Part shown: positions 6,923 to 16,293 of the stretch, piece by piece
Numbering within the stretch: the stretch's first letter is position 1
Layout: each line of letters opens with the position of its first letter
From: Pseudothermotoga sp.
GTDB taxonomy: Bacteria; Thermotogota; Thermotogae; Thermotogales; DSM-5069
Length of the DNA stretch: 27,254 nucleotides
Direction: 5' to 3'
Assembly: GCA_041640575.1 (NCBI GenBank)
Contig: JBEPZZ010000006.1
Coordinates: forward strand, 1,606-28,859
Notes under the pieces: generated by a model
Told to the model about the DNA's origin: nothing
What the model saw: the letters and a program-made list of their open reading frames with translations, nothing else
The model's database searches: none
Translations under genes and position numbers: made by a program

Positions 6923-7909
6923 ATGAGAAAAGTTAGGATAGGACTTGTTGGTACTGGTGCCATTGGGCAGGTTCACCTTGAGATATTATCAAAATTCGAA
7001 GATGTTGATATAGTCGGCCTTATGGATATAGATGAATCAAGAGTAAAACCATTAGCAGAAAAATACAAAGCAACTATTTTTCGAAATCTTAAGGAAATGA
7101 AAGATGCTGGCATCGAAGCTGTCTACATAACTTCGCCAAACAAAACACATTTCAAGTACTCATTTGAAGCTCTTGAGTTTGGTATGCATGTTTTTTGTGA
7201 AAAACCGATGACGACTTCTTTGGATGACGCACTAGCCTTGGAAAAAAAAGTACAGGAAACAAAATTGCTTTTTCAGCTTGGTCACAACAGAAGATTTGCG
7301 TATGTGTATTCTTTCATGAAACAAAAAATAGAAACTGGCGAGCTGAGACCACATTCGTTTCAGATAAAGATGAACAGAGGTGAGCTACTGAATCCACCTT
7401 GGACGAGTGATAGAAATTACACCGGAGGTTTTCTGTTCGAGAGCACAATTCACCTCTTAGATATGATGTGCTGGCTTTTTGGCGACGTTGAAGAGATGTT
7501 TGTAATGGCTAAGAAGAGCCTATATCCAGACTACGATGATTGGGCAATTGCTGTAAAAATGAAAAATGGAATCATAGGCACTTTCACTTCGTGCGCACAC
7601 GCGAGTTGGATGGTACCTTTTGAAAGGGTGGAGATATATGGTGAGCATATGATGATATCCAATGACGAAATGGAAAGAGTTCACTTCTGCAAGGGATTAG
7701 GTAAGGAAACTGAAAGCTATGATTTCACCAAAGTAGATTTCAAAGAGAAATGGGGATACATCAAGGAAGATAGGTTTTTTGTTGACTGTATAAAGCAGGG
7801 AAAGACTCCACCTGTAACAGTAAGTGATGGAGTACGAGTCATTAGAATAATCGATGCTTGCTACAAAGCTGTTGAGAATGGAAATCCGTATGTGAAATTG
7901 GAGGGGTAA
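6923..7909 (+). CDS. iolG: myo-inositol 2-dehydrogenase (Gfo/Idh/MocA family)
   Basis: GTGAIG, CEKP, GHNRRF and GGFLFESTIHLLD, located between iolM and iolN. ATG 6923 follows a GAGGTGA RBS (track start 6911). Confidence 0.8.
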   Translation: MRKVRIGLVGTGAIGQVHLEILSKFEDVDIVGLMDIDESRVKPLAEKYKATIFRNLKEMKDAGIEAVYITSPNKTHFKYSFEALEFGMHVFCEKPMTTSLDDALALEKKVQETKLLFQLGHNRRFAYVYSFMKQKIETGELRPHSFQIKMNRGELLNPPWTSDRNYTGGFLFESTIHLLDMMCWLFGDVEEMFVMAKKSLYPDYDDWAIAVKMKNGIIGTFTSCAHASWMVPFERVEIYGEHMMISNDEMERVHFCKGLGKETESYDFTKVDFKEKWGYIKEDRFFVDCIKQGKTPPVTVSDGVRVIRIIDACYKAVENGNPYVKLEG

Positions 7910-7911
7910 AA

Positions 7912-8880
7912 ATGTCAAAGTGGCAAATTCCACCATCAGGTGGACACATGGAGCGTCCAAGTGGCGTTTACTATCAAACCATGACCATGAAAGAAATTGA
8001 AGATCGATTGAAAAAATGCGACCTTATAATAATACCGGTTGGTAGTACTGAAAACCATGGCCCAAATGCTCCCACTGGTGAAGACACTTTCTTGGTCACA
8101 AGAATGGCAGAGCAAGTAGCCTTAAAAACTGGGTGCACAGTTGCAGAACCAGTATGGTACGGATTTCATCCATATCATCACATTGGCATGCCAGGAACAG
8201 TTCCAGTGAAGGATGAAGCCTTTGTCGACTATCTTGTAAGTATTATTGCAGGATTTTGGAATACCGGTTTTCGAAAACAGATTCTTTTGAATGGTCATGG
8301 CCAGGAATTTGTCATTCCTGTGGCGATTCATAAATTTGCAAAGATCTTTCAGGTACCAGCGATGATATTCAATGTGAACTGGTATCATGCGATTCAAGAC
8401 AAATTTAAGACCAAGAAAGAAGGAGGACCATACGAAACTGCATTCATTCACGCAGATGAAGTTGAAACCTCTTGGAGTTTGGCACTCTTTCCTGAGTTTT
8501 GTCACCAAGAATGGGCTGTAGATACAAGTCCGCGTGGATACTTACCAGAAGGGCACATAGATAAAGCAGGAAATTTGTTGCATAGAGCTATCGCATGGTA
8601 TGGACATGTTGGAGGAGGACCTATTGAGGTTTCAGCCTACCCAGAAGGGGTTGTCGGGAAAGCAACTGCGGCCGATGCTAACAAGGCAATAGAAGGGATT
8701 GAGGCCTTACTTGATTACCTTGAAAAACTTGTAAATGACATTATGGAAAGGTATCCAGCAGGAAAGCTTCCACCTGCAAATGAATTGTCTCAGAGACCCG
8801 AAGAAGAACTCGAGGCGGTTTTGAAAAAGCCACTTGAAAAGGGGTGGCGAAGTATATACAGCATAGGTAATATGTGGTAA
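7912..8880 (+). CDS. iolN: 3-dehydro-scyllo-inosose hydrolase (creatininase family)
   Basis: PVGSTENHGP, GEDT, LNGHGQE and HADEVETS creatininase metal motifs. RBS GGAGGG. Operon context agrees. Confidence 0.9.
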   Translation: MSKWQIPPSGGHMERPSGVYYQTMTMKEIEDRLKKCDLIIIPVGSTENHGPNAPTGEDTFLVTRMAEQVALKTGCTVAEPVWYGFHPYHHIGMPGTVPVKDEAFVDYLVSIIAGFWNTGFRKQILLNGHGQEFVIPVAIHKFAKIFQVPAMIFNVNWYHAIQDKFKTKKEGGPYETAFIHADEVETSWSLALFPEFCHQEWAVDTSPRGYLPEGHIDKAGNLLHRAIAWYGHVGGGPIEVSAYPEGVVGKATAADANKAIEGIEALLDYLEKLVNDIMERYPAGKLPPANELSQRPEEELEAVLKKPLEKGWRSIYSIGNMW

Positions 8881-8918
8881 ACGGGGGCAGAAGCTCCCAC
8901 GTTCAAGGGGGGATTTGC

Positions 8919-9848
8919 GTGAAGAGGTTGATTGTACTAAGTGTAATTCTACTAGCAGGAGTAGCATTGGGCTACACATTCTATGTAGTTTCACATGGAG
9001 GTCCGGCTGATCCATTTTGGGGTGTAGTCATGAAAGGTGTACAAGATGCAGCACAAAAATTTGGTGTCAATGCTATTTATCTTGGACCAGAGAAATTCTC
9101 TCTGAAAGAATTCATTGATCTTGTAAACAGTGCTATTGCTCGAAAACCAGATGGATTGGTCGTAACAATCACGAATCCAATTGCGTTGGATGAACCACTG
9201 CGACAGGCGATCAAAGCTGGTATACCAGTTATCGCAATAAACGTTCCAGACGATCGACCAGTTGAACAAAAAATACCTTACCTCTGCTATGTGGGTATGA
9301 ATGAATATCTGGCAGGAGTTTACGCAGCAAGAAGAATGTTACAGGAATTCACACCGAAACGTGCTGTTGTTGCTATTCACGAGCCGGGACATGTCGGTCT
9401 TGAGGCAAGGGCGAAAGGTATAGCTGATGTGCTTGGGCAAAAGAAAATACCTGTTGAGAAGCTAGATATAACTACTGATCCTGTCAAAGCCTTGACCTTG
9501 CTGAAAAGCTACTTGATGAAATATCCTGACACCGATGCAATTTTCACACTTGGTCCACTTGGTGCTCATCCAGCTATTCAGCTCGTAGAGGAAGAAAAAC
9601 TAGTTGGTAAGGTTAAGATTGGTGCCATAGATTTGACGACACGCATAACGGAAGCTATTAAAAAGGGTGTCGTGGTTTTCACGATTGACCAGCAACAGTA
9701 CCTTCAAGGTTACCTACCCATAGTATTTCTGTACATGTACAAATCCTACGGTCTGATACCTCTCGAGGATGTCTTGACTGGCCCACTCATCGTTGATAAA
9801 TCCAACGTGGCCATAGTTGAAGAAACCGTAAAATTAGGCTATAGATAA
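8919..9848 (+). CDS. CUT2 sugar ABC transporter substrate-binding protein (RbsB-like), probably inositol
   Basis: GTG 8919 after AAGGGGGG, signal peptide MKRLIVLSVILLAGVALG, and motifs SHGGPADPFW and DQQQYLQGY. Confidence 0.85.
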   Translation: MKRLIVLSVILLAGVALGYTFYVVSHGGPADPFWGVVMKGVQDAAQKFGVNAIYLGPEKFSLKEFIDLVNSAIARKPDGLVVTITNPIALDEPLRQAIKAGIPVIAINVPDDRPVEQKIPYLCYVGMNEYLAGVYAARRMLQEFTPKRAVVAIHEPGHVGLEARAKGIADVLGQKKIPVEKLDITTDPVKALTLLKSYLMKYPDTDAIFTLGPLGAHPAIQLVEEEKLVGKVKIGAIDLTTRITEAIKKGVVVFTIDQQQYLQGYLPIVFLYMYKSYGLIPLEDVLTGPLIVDKSNVAIVEETVKLGYR

Positions 9849-9853
9849 GTTCT

Positions 9854-9885
9854 TATGTGGGCAGCCATGAAAGGCTGCCCACATA
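9854..9885 (+). promoter_or_regulatory. Intercistronic stem-loop after the SBP gene (mRNA-stabilising)
   Basis: TATGTGGGCAGCC-ATGAAA-GGCTGCCCACATA is a perfect 13-bp stem with no U tract. Confidence 0.7.
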
Positions 9886-9910
9886 TGACTAATTAACAGG
9901 GGGGTAAAAC

Positions 9911-10882
9911 TTGCAAGGGCACTGGATAAAACAATTTTTTCAGTCGTTTTTCAAAACCAAGGAACTTGGGGCCTTAGTTGGTACAGGAGTTTTTTTCCTA
10001 ATATTTTCTCTAACTTCCAAGAGATTTTTAAGTATAGACAACCTTTTCAATACCCTTACAATGGCCGCAGAACTCGGAATAATTGCTGCTGGTATGTGTA
10101 TTCTGATGATAAGTGGTGAATTTGATCTTTCTGTAGGAGCAGTATTTGCAGTTACATCAATGGTCTTTGCTTTGCTCATTAACAATGGTTTTGATCCGTA
10201 CCTTGCTCTCTTCATGTCTCTTTTGCTAGCAGTTGGTGTAGGATTTGCGAATGGCCAAATAACAATTAGGACATACATACCTTCTTTCATAACTACGCTG
10301 GGCATGATGATGTTTTGGAGGGGAATTCTATTAGCTGTCAGTGGTGGCTTTCCTATAATGCTTCGGAAGAGTTATCCCCTACTGCATTATCTTGGGGGAC
10401 GAATTTATGGTGGACTTCGTTACTCAGCACTTTGGTTTTTGATTTTTGTTCTTGTAATCTGGTTTGTTCTGGAAAGAACACGGTACGGAAACTGGACTTT
10501 TGCAACCGGAGGAAACCTGGGAGCCGCAAAAGCGCTTGGAGTACCGTCGGAAAGAGTCAAAATTATAAATTTCATGATAAGTTCTCTATTTGCTGGTTTT
10601 TCGGGTATAACAACCTTGGCGAGATTCAAAATAGTTGATCCTACATTTGGCCTTGAGATGGAACTTGAAGCAATTGCTGCATGTGTAATGGGTGGAACTC
10701 TGTTGAGCGGGGGATATGGCAGTGTTATTGGAACTGCAATGGGAGCCGTGATGATTAGCATGGTTAGAAATGGATTGGTTCTCGCTGGGGCTCCTGCTTA
10801 TTGGTATCGCGCCTTTATTGGCATCATATTAATCATAGCCGCCATCATTAACGCTAAGATTCGAAGAAGGGTGGTAGGATGA
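9911..10882 (+). CDS. CUT2 sugar ABC transporter permease (RbsC-like)
   Basis: GEFDLSVG, PSFITTLG, ATGGNLGAAKALG and ELEAIAACVMGGT. TTG start with a G-rich RBS. Confidence 0.92.
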   Translation: MQGHWIKQFFQSFFKTKELGALVGTGVFFLIFSLTSKRFLSIDNLFNTLTMAAELGIIAAGMCILMISGEFDLSVGAVFAVTSMVFALLINNGFDPYLALFMSLLLAVGVGFANGQITIRTYIPSFITTLGMMMFWRGILLAVSGGFPIMLRKSYPLLHYLGGRIYGGLRYSALWFLIFVLVIWFVLERTRYGNWTFATGGNLGAAKALGVPSERVKIINFMISSLFAGFSGITTLARFKIVDPTFGLEMELEAIAACVMGGTLLSGGYGSVIGTAMGAVMISMVRNGLVLAGAPAYWYRAFIGIILIIAAIINAKIRRRVVG

Positions 10883-11628
10883 AAGAATTGCTTGTCGAGA
10901 TGAAAAAGATAAGCAAAAAATTTGGAAAAGTTCAGGCTCTAAAAGGTGTTGATTTTCAAGTCAGAAGGCAAGAAGTAGTCGGCCTTCTTGGAGACAACGG
11001 AGCAGGAAAATCAACTTTGATCAAAATTTTAGTAGGTTACTATCAACCGGACGAAGGCGAGATCTATTGGGAAGGAAAAAGAGTACGATTCTCGTCACCT
11101 CGTGAAGCACGGGATTTGGGAATTGAAACAGTGTATCAAGATCTTGCTCTGGTGAACCTTATGTCGTTGTGGAGAAATTTCTTCCTTGGTAGGGAACTAA
11201 GGCGACGATTCGGCCCGATTAGTTTCCTAGATTTGCCCAACATGAGAACTCAGTCATTGCGAGCAATGAGGGATATCGGGATAACTTTTAGAGATGCGGA
11301 CACAGCTGTTGCCATGATGTCTGGTGGAGAGCGTCAAGCCGTAGCAATTGCTAGAGCAATACATTTTGGAGCTAAGTTATTGATTCTTGATGAACCAACA
11401 GCCGCACTCTCAGTAGGTGAGACAAAGAAGGTGTTGGAAAACATATTGGAAGCAAGAAAACGAGGCCTGTCCGTTGTGTTTATAACTCACAATATTTACC
11501 ATGTATATGAAGTTGCCGACCGATTGGTAGTTTTAGAAAAAGGTGAAAAGATTGGAGATTATGAAAAAACAAAGGTAACACCCCAACAGATTATGGATAT
11601 AATAGCTGCTTCTTCCGGTGTGAAGTGA
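10879..11628 (+). CDS. Sugar ABC transporter ATP-binding protein (single NBD)
   Basis: Walker A GDNGAGKS, VYQDLAL, MSGGERQ, ILDEPTAAL and H-loop ITHN. Confidence 0.93.
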   Translation: MKELLVEMKKISKKFGKVQALKGVDFQVRRQEVVGLLGDNGAGKSTLIKILVGYYQPDEGEIYWEGKRVRFSSPREARDLGIETVYQDLALVNLMSLWRNFFLGRELRRRFGPISFLDLPNMRTQSLRAMRDIGITFRDADTAVAMMSGGERQAVAIARAIHFGAKLLILDEPTAALSVGETKKVLENILEARKRGLSVVFITHNIYHVYEVADRLVVLEKGEKIGDYEKTKVTPQQIMDIIAASSGVK

Positions 11629-11637
11629 GGGATTCTG

Positions 11638-12462
11638 ATGCAGATAACCTTTGTCGGTCATGTCTCGAAAGATATCAACAGAACTCAGAAGACTACCACT
11701 GTTGTACCGGGTGGTGGCGTTTATTATGGGAGCATTGCTGCAAGTAAATTGTCGGCAGAGTGCTCGGTCATCACAAAATGTGCTGTGACAGATCAATATT
11801 TATTTGCTGAAATGGTTCAGAACGTTAGAAAAGTAGTTTTTCTAGACAGTCAAAATACGACAACTATAGAAAATCTCTACATGTCACAGGATCCTGACGA
11901 TCGTTTGAGTAGAGCTGTAAATTTAGCAGATAGTTTCTCGATCATCGATTTTCCTGATGTTAATAACCAAATATTAGTTGTAAGTGCTTTGTGGTACGGA
12001 GAGATAAATGAGGATCTATTACCTTTCCTGAGAAGTAAATGCGATCTTCTTGCACTCGACGCACAGGGTTTTCTTCGTAATGTTGATTCGAGTGGTCAGT
12101 TGATTTATTCAAAATGGGAAAGGTTGGATCTTCTAAATCTCGTCGATATTTTAAAAGTTGATAGCAAGGAAGCATTTGTTTTGACGAATCTCACAGATTA
12201 TCAAGCAGCATGCCGAAAGCTAAGAGAATTTGGACCAAGAATGATCCTGCTTACTCACAAACAAGGAGTTTGCTTATTCGATGGCAAAGTTTTCTATGAG
12301 GCGAACTTTGCTCCGTACAGTCTGGAAGGCCGTACAGGACGAGGAGACACCTGTTTGGCAAGCTTTTTAGCCTCACTCGACAAGCCTCTTGAAGTTGCTC
12401 TAAAGATTTCTGCAGATATAACCTCCAAAAAAATGCAGTACCCTGGTCCTTATCGAGGATAA
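11638..12462 (+). CDS. iolK: PfkB/ribokinase-family kinase, TM0415-like; probable PPi-dependent myo-inositol kinase
   Basis: GHVSKD, PGGGVYY, LDAQGFLR, LKVD and the anion-hole motif GRTGRGDT in place of the usual DxxGAGD. Confidence 0.8.
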   Translation: MQITFVGHVSKDINRTQKTTTVVPGGGVYYGSIAASKLSAECSVITKCAVTDQYLFAEMVQNVRKVVFLDSQNTTTIENLYMSQDPDDRLSRAVNLADSFSIIDFPDVNNQILVVSALWYGEINEDLLPFLRSKCDLLALDAQGFLRNVDSSGQLIYSKWERLDLLNLVDILKVDSKEAFVLTNLTDYQAACRKLREFGPRMILLTHKQGVCLFDGKVFYEANFAPYSLEGRTGRGDTCLASFLASLDKPLEVALKISADITSKKMQYPGPYRG

Positions 12463-12477
12463 AAGGAGGTGTCAAGC

Positions 12478-13464
12478 GTGAAGAGGTTATTGGTTGTCTT
12501 CGTTTTAAGTATCACTGTTTTTGCTCTCGCTCAGCAAGTTTTACATATGTACACGGCTTTGGATGAAAACGAGTGGCCGATTTACGTCAAAGCCTTTGAA
12601 CAAGCAACAGGAATTAAAGTCAATGTTGTACGAATGTCCTCTGGGGAATTATTGGCAAGAATTGAGGCTGAATCTAAAAATCCAAGAGCCAGCATCTGGT
12701 TTGGAGGACCCGCTGTTGATCAAATTGCTGCTAAGAAAAAGGGTTTACTTGCACCTTACAAATCTCAGGCAACTGAAAAAGTACCCCAAGCTTTTAAGGA
12801 TCCTGAAGGTTACTGGGTAGGATTCTACCTCGGAGCCATCGGATTTGGAACGAATACAGAGCACTTGAAACAGCTGAAGGTTGATCCGCCAAAGTCATGG
12901 TACGACTTACTCAAACCAGAATTCAAAGGTCGGATTGCTGTTGCATATCCATACACTTCTGGAACAGCCTATACTATTTTGGCAGCCTTGGTTGCTGTGA
13001 TGGGTGAAGACAAAGCATTTGAATACTGGAAAAAGTTAGACAAGCAGATCCATCATTACACAAAATCTGGATCAGCTCCAGTAACGGAAGCTGGGCTTGG
13101 AGAGGTTACAATTGCCATTGCTTTTGCACACGACATAATTGCAAAAGGGATTGCGAAAGGTTATCCCCTTGTTCTGACCTTTCCAGTTGAACCAACAGGT
13201 TACGAAATAGGTGCGATGTCAATTATCAAAGGTGGACCTGAGCCGGAACTTGCAGGAAAATTCATTGACTGGATGCTTTCAACCGAAGCTCAGAGTTTGT
13301 TCAAGCAGTGGTACAGAATACCTATAAACCCTGATGCGGAGGTTGCACCTGGTGCTGTGAAAATGCAAGATGTGAATGTGGTAGCCATGGATTTTGATTA
13401 CTTCGGTAAAGAAAAAGACAGGCTGATCGAAAGATGGAAAGAAGAAATTGAATACGGTAGATGA
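12478..13464 (+). CDS. AfuA-like ABC substrate-binding protein (phosphate-ester/sugar-phosphate binding subgroup)
   Basis: GTG 12478 after AAGGAGGT, signal peptide, and motifs MSSGE, WFGG, TSGTAY, KSG, FAHD and TGYEIG. Confidence 0.82.
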   Translation: MKRLLVVFVLSITVFALAQQVLHMYTALDENEWPIYVKAFEQATGIKVNVVRMSSGELLARIEAESKNPRASIWFGGPAVDQIAAKKKGLLAPYKSQATEKVPQAFKDPEGYWVGFYLGAIGFGTNTEHLKQLKVDPPKSWYDLLKPEFKGRIAVAYPYTSGTAYTILAALVAVMGEDKAFEYWKKLDKQIHHYTKSGSAPVTEAGLGEVTIAIAFAHDIIAKGIAKGYPLVLTFPVEPTGYEIGAMSIIKGGPEPELAGKFIDWMLSTEAQSLFKQWYRIPINPDAEVAPGAVKMQDVNVVAMDFDYFGKEKDRLIERWKEEIEYGR

Positions 13465-13469
13465 TTTTT

Positions 13470-13500
13470 GAGGGTGCGGAGCGGTGAGCCCGCCCCTTTT
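13470..13500 (+). terminator. Intercistronic hairpin or partial terminator after the SBP gene
   Basis: Imperfect stem GAGGGTGCGGAGC-GGTGA-GCCCGCCCC followed by TTTT. Confidence 0.5.
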
Positions 13501-13526
13501 AGGTTTTTAAAGGTGGGATTCAAATT

Positions 13527-15206
13527 ATGTACCTTCTTAAGCAACTGAAAAGAATTTTCAACGAACCTGTGTTACTTTTCTCAATATTGTTTTGCTGGAC
13601 ACTGCTTGCACTTTTCCTGCTTTATCCGCTTATCATGGTTGGTCTAAAAAGTTTTCAACCGAAACCAGGTATTATTGGGTTCGATGTTTATCGAACAATC
13701 TTCACACGTAGATACTTTATTACCCCAATATTCAATACTCTGAAACTTGGTTCTACTGTCGCATCAATAGGTGTGCTCATAGGTTATTTGTTTGCATTTG
13801 CGACAACCAAAATCCAGATCCCGCTGAGATCCTTTTTCAGGACAACGGCTTTGTTTCCGGTAGTGTCGCCACCCTTTGTCATAGCGCTAGCCTTGATCAT
13901 GCTTCTAGGGAGAAACGGAATTTTAACCAAAGTTGTTTTTGGTGGTAGGATACCATTTCAAATATACGGATTTTGGGGTCTGGTGATAGTCGAAACTCTT
14001 GCTTATTTTCCTACAGCTTTCATGACAATTGAGGCCGTTTTGCTGTCTATTGGTTCTGACCTTGAGGAAGCTTCAGCAAGCTTAGGTTCAGGAAAGTGGA
14101 GAACATTCTGGACGATAACTTTTCCTTTGTCTATGCCAGGAATTCTTTCTGCCTGGCTTTTAGTCTTCTCTCAGTCTATGGCTGATTTTGGAAATCCATT
14201 GATACTTGGCGGAAGATTCCAAGTTCTGAGCGTTGCGGCTTACCTAGAGATAACTGGTTCTTATAGAATACCTCACGGTTCTGCACTGGCTATATTGCTT
14301 TTGATTCCGACTCTTGTAGCTTTCTTTGTACAAAGATACTGGCTGTCCAAAAAATCATACGTGACAATTACTGGGAAACCAGCGTCGATTAGGATACTAG
14401 AACCACCAAAATTGGTTAAGGCAATTTTTTTAATGATTTGCTTGGTAATAGTTTCTGGCATTTTTTTAATTTATGGCACTGTTCTTGTGGGTTCGTTCAC
14501 CAAGCTTTGGGGTGTGGACCATACCTTTACGCTTAAAAATTACGTTTATGCATTTGGAAGAACTACCTTGAAATATCTAACTGATACACTCCTTCTTGCT
14601 TCAATTGCGACACCGATATGCGGCTTGCTTGGAATATTAATAGCTTACCTAGTTGCAAGGAAAGAGTTTCCAGCTAAAAGGTTCATGGAAGCAACCGCAC
14701 TGCTTGGTTTTGCCGTTCCAGGCACTGTTGTTGGAATAGGATATCTTCTAGCTTTCAACGATAAACCACTGGTTCTGACTGGAACAGCTCTGATAATAAT
14801 TCTGATCTTTGTTTTCCGCGAATTAGCCGTTGGTGTGCAAAATGGCATTGCCGTTTTATACCAAATAGATAAATCAATTGAAGAAGCATCTCTTGACCTT
14901 GGTGCAAGCAGCAATAAGACATTTTGGCGCATTACTCTTCCTTTATTGTTACCAGCACTTTTTAACGCTTTGTTCACTGCATTTGTTAGAAGCATGACAG
15001 CAATCAGCGCTGTGATTTTTGTTGTATCCGCGCGTTGGAACTTGCTGACAGTTAGAATATTAGGTGCTGTCGAGAACGCAGACCTTGCACAAGCTGCTGC
15101 TCTGAGTTGGTTGCTTATATTCTTTGTTTTAGTAGCTATGTTTTTACTTAGATTTCTGACAATCAATTTTTCATACCAAGTGAGACTTAGGAGGATTACA
15201 ACATGA
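13527..15206 (+). CDS. AfuB/FbpB-type ABC permease (fused double TMD)
   Basis: Two EAA-like loops (LEEASASLG, IEEASLDLGA), SPPFV and ADFGNP. Confidence 0.9.
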   Translation: MYLLKQLKRIFNEPVLLFSILFCWTLLALFLLYPLIMVGLKSFQPKPGIIGFDVYRTIFTRRYFITPIFNTLKLGSTVASIGVLIGYLFAFATTKIQIPLRSFFRTTALFPVVSPPFVIALALIMLLGRNGILTKVVFGGRIPFQIYGFWGLVIVETLAYFPTAFMTIEAVLLSIGSDLEEASASLGSGKWRTFWTITFPLSMPGILSAWLLVFSQSMADFGNPLILGGRFQVLSVAAYLEITGSYRIPHGSALAILLLIPTLVAFFVQRYWLSKKSYVTITGKPASIRILEPPKLVKAIFLMICLVIVSGIFLIYGTVLVGSFTKLWGVDHTFTLKNYVYAFGRTTLKYLTDTLLLASIATPICGLLGILIAYLVARKEFPAKRFMEATALLGFAVPGTVVGIGYLLAFNDKPLVLTGTALIIILIFVFRELAVGVQNGIAVLYQIDKSIEEASLDLGASSNKTFWRITLPLLLPALFNALFTAFVRSMTAISAVIFVVSARWNLLTVRILGAVENADLAQAAALSWLLIFFVLVAMFLLRFLTINFSYQVRLRRITT

Positions 15207-16291
15207 ACAAATACTATGTTGAAGTGAGAAACTTGACTAAAGAGTTTAAAGAATACGGCTCGTCTGGAAAGGTTTTGGCTGTTAACAACATTAGTTTTGG
15301 TGTAAGGAAGGGTCAACTTGTGACTTTGCTTGGACCATCTGGCTGTGGAAAAACAACGACCCTACGGTTGATAGGTGGTTTTGAAATTCCAACAAATGGC
15401 GAAATACTGATAGACGGGAACACAGTTAATGATCTCCCACCAAACAAAAGACCAACTGCTATGGTCTTTCAAAGTTACGCCCTTTTCCCTCATATGAATG
15501 TCTTTCAAAACGTTGCCTATGGTTTGAAAAATAAACGACTTTCAAAAGCCGAAATAAAACGAAAGGTAGACAGTATACTTTCTATAGTTGGGCTCAGTGG
15601 ACTTGAAAAAAGGTACCCAAATCAGCTTTCTGGTGGTCAACAACAAAGAGTTGCGTTAGCAAGAGCACTGGTTGTTGAACCAAAGGTCTTGTTGCTTGAT
15701 GAACCTCTTTCAAATTTGGATGCAAAACTTAGGGAACAAATGAGAATCGAACTGAAGAAAATCCAGATGGAACTTGGTATAACAAGTATTTATGTTACGC
15801 ATGATCAGCTTGAAGCGATGGTTCTGTCTGACTATGTAATAGTCATGAAAGATGGAATTATAATGCAGCAGGATCCTCCTGAGTTAGTCTACAAATTTCC
15901 CATGAATCGATTTGTTGCCAGTTTCATAGGGAAAGCAAGTTTTTTGAAAGCGTATGTGTTAAAGTGCTCAGAAGGACATTGCGAGATAAGGTTGGAAAAT
16001 GGCAAGATCGTGGAAGTACCGATTCGGGCTGGTATGGTTTTCCGCGAAGGAGAAGAGGTTTTCTTGACTATGAGACCAGAAGGCGGTCGGTTCGTTGAAC
16101 CGGCGAAAGGCATGATTACAGGAAGTGTTATCACAAGAGTTTTTACCGGCTCCACAGCTTACTTTGAAATAAAGACTGACTATGGGATGATGGCAGTAGA
16201 AATTCAAAATCCAAATCTTTCAAAACTTCCGTATCTTAACGAAAGCGTTGGTATAGTTTATGAAAGTGAATCAATGACGGTGGTGAAATAA
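15203..16291 (+). CDS. AfuC/FbpC/PotA-type ABC ATP-binding protein
   Basis: GPSGCGKT, VFQSYALFPH, LSGGQQQRVALARAL, LLDEPLSNLD and a C-terminal TOBE-like domain. Confidence 0.93.
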   Translation: MNKYYVEVRNLTKEFKEYGSSGKVLAVNNISFGVRKGQLVTLLGPSGCGKTTTLRLIGGFEIPTNGEILIDGNTVNDLPPNKRPTAMVFQSYALFPHMNVFQNVAYGLKNKRLSKAEIKRKVDSILSIVGLSGLEKRYPNQLSGGQQQRVALARALVVEPKVLLLDEPLSNLDAKLREQMRIELKKIQMELGITSIYVTHDQLEAMVLSDYVIVMKDGIIMQQDPPELVYKFPMNRFVASFIGKASFLKAYVLKCSEGHCEIRLENGKIVEVPIRAGMVFREGEEVFLTMRPEGGRFVEPAKGMITGSVITRVFTGSTAYFEIKTDYGMMAVEIQNPNLSKLPYLNESVGIVYESESMTVVK

Positions 16292-16293
16292 AC

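Noticed and set aside
8917..12490. Identical 13-mer GCGTGAAGAGGTT at the starts of two SBP genes (8917 and 12476)
   Set aside because: It is explained by a shared GTG start and the common MKRL signal-peptide opening.
14645..15316. 223-aa minus-strand ORF
   Set aside because: It is an antisense shadow of the hydrophobic permease and ATPase genes, with no motifs or RBS.
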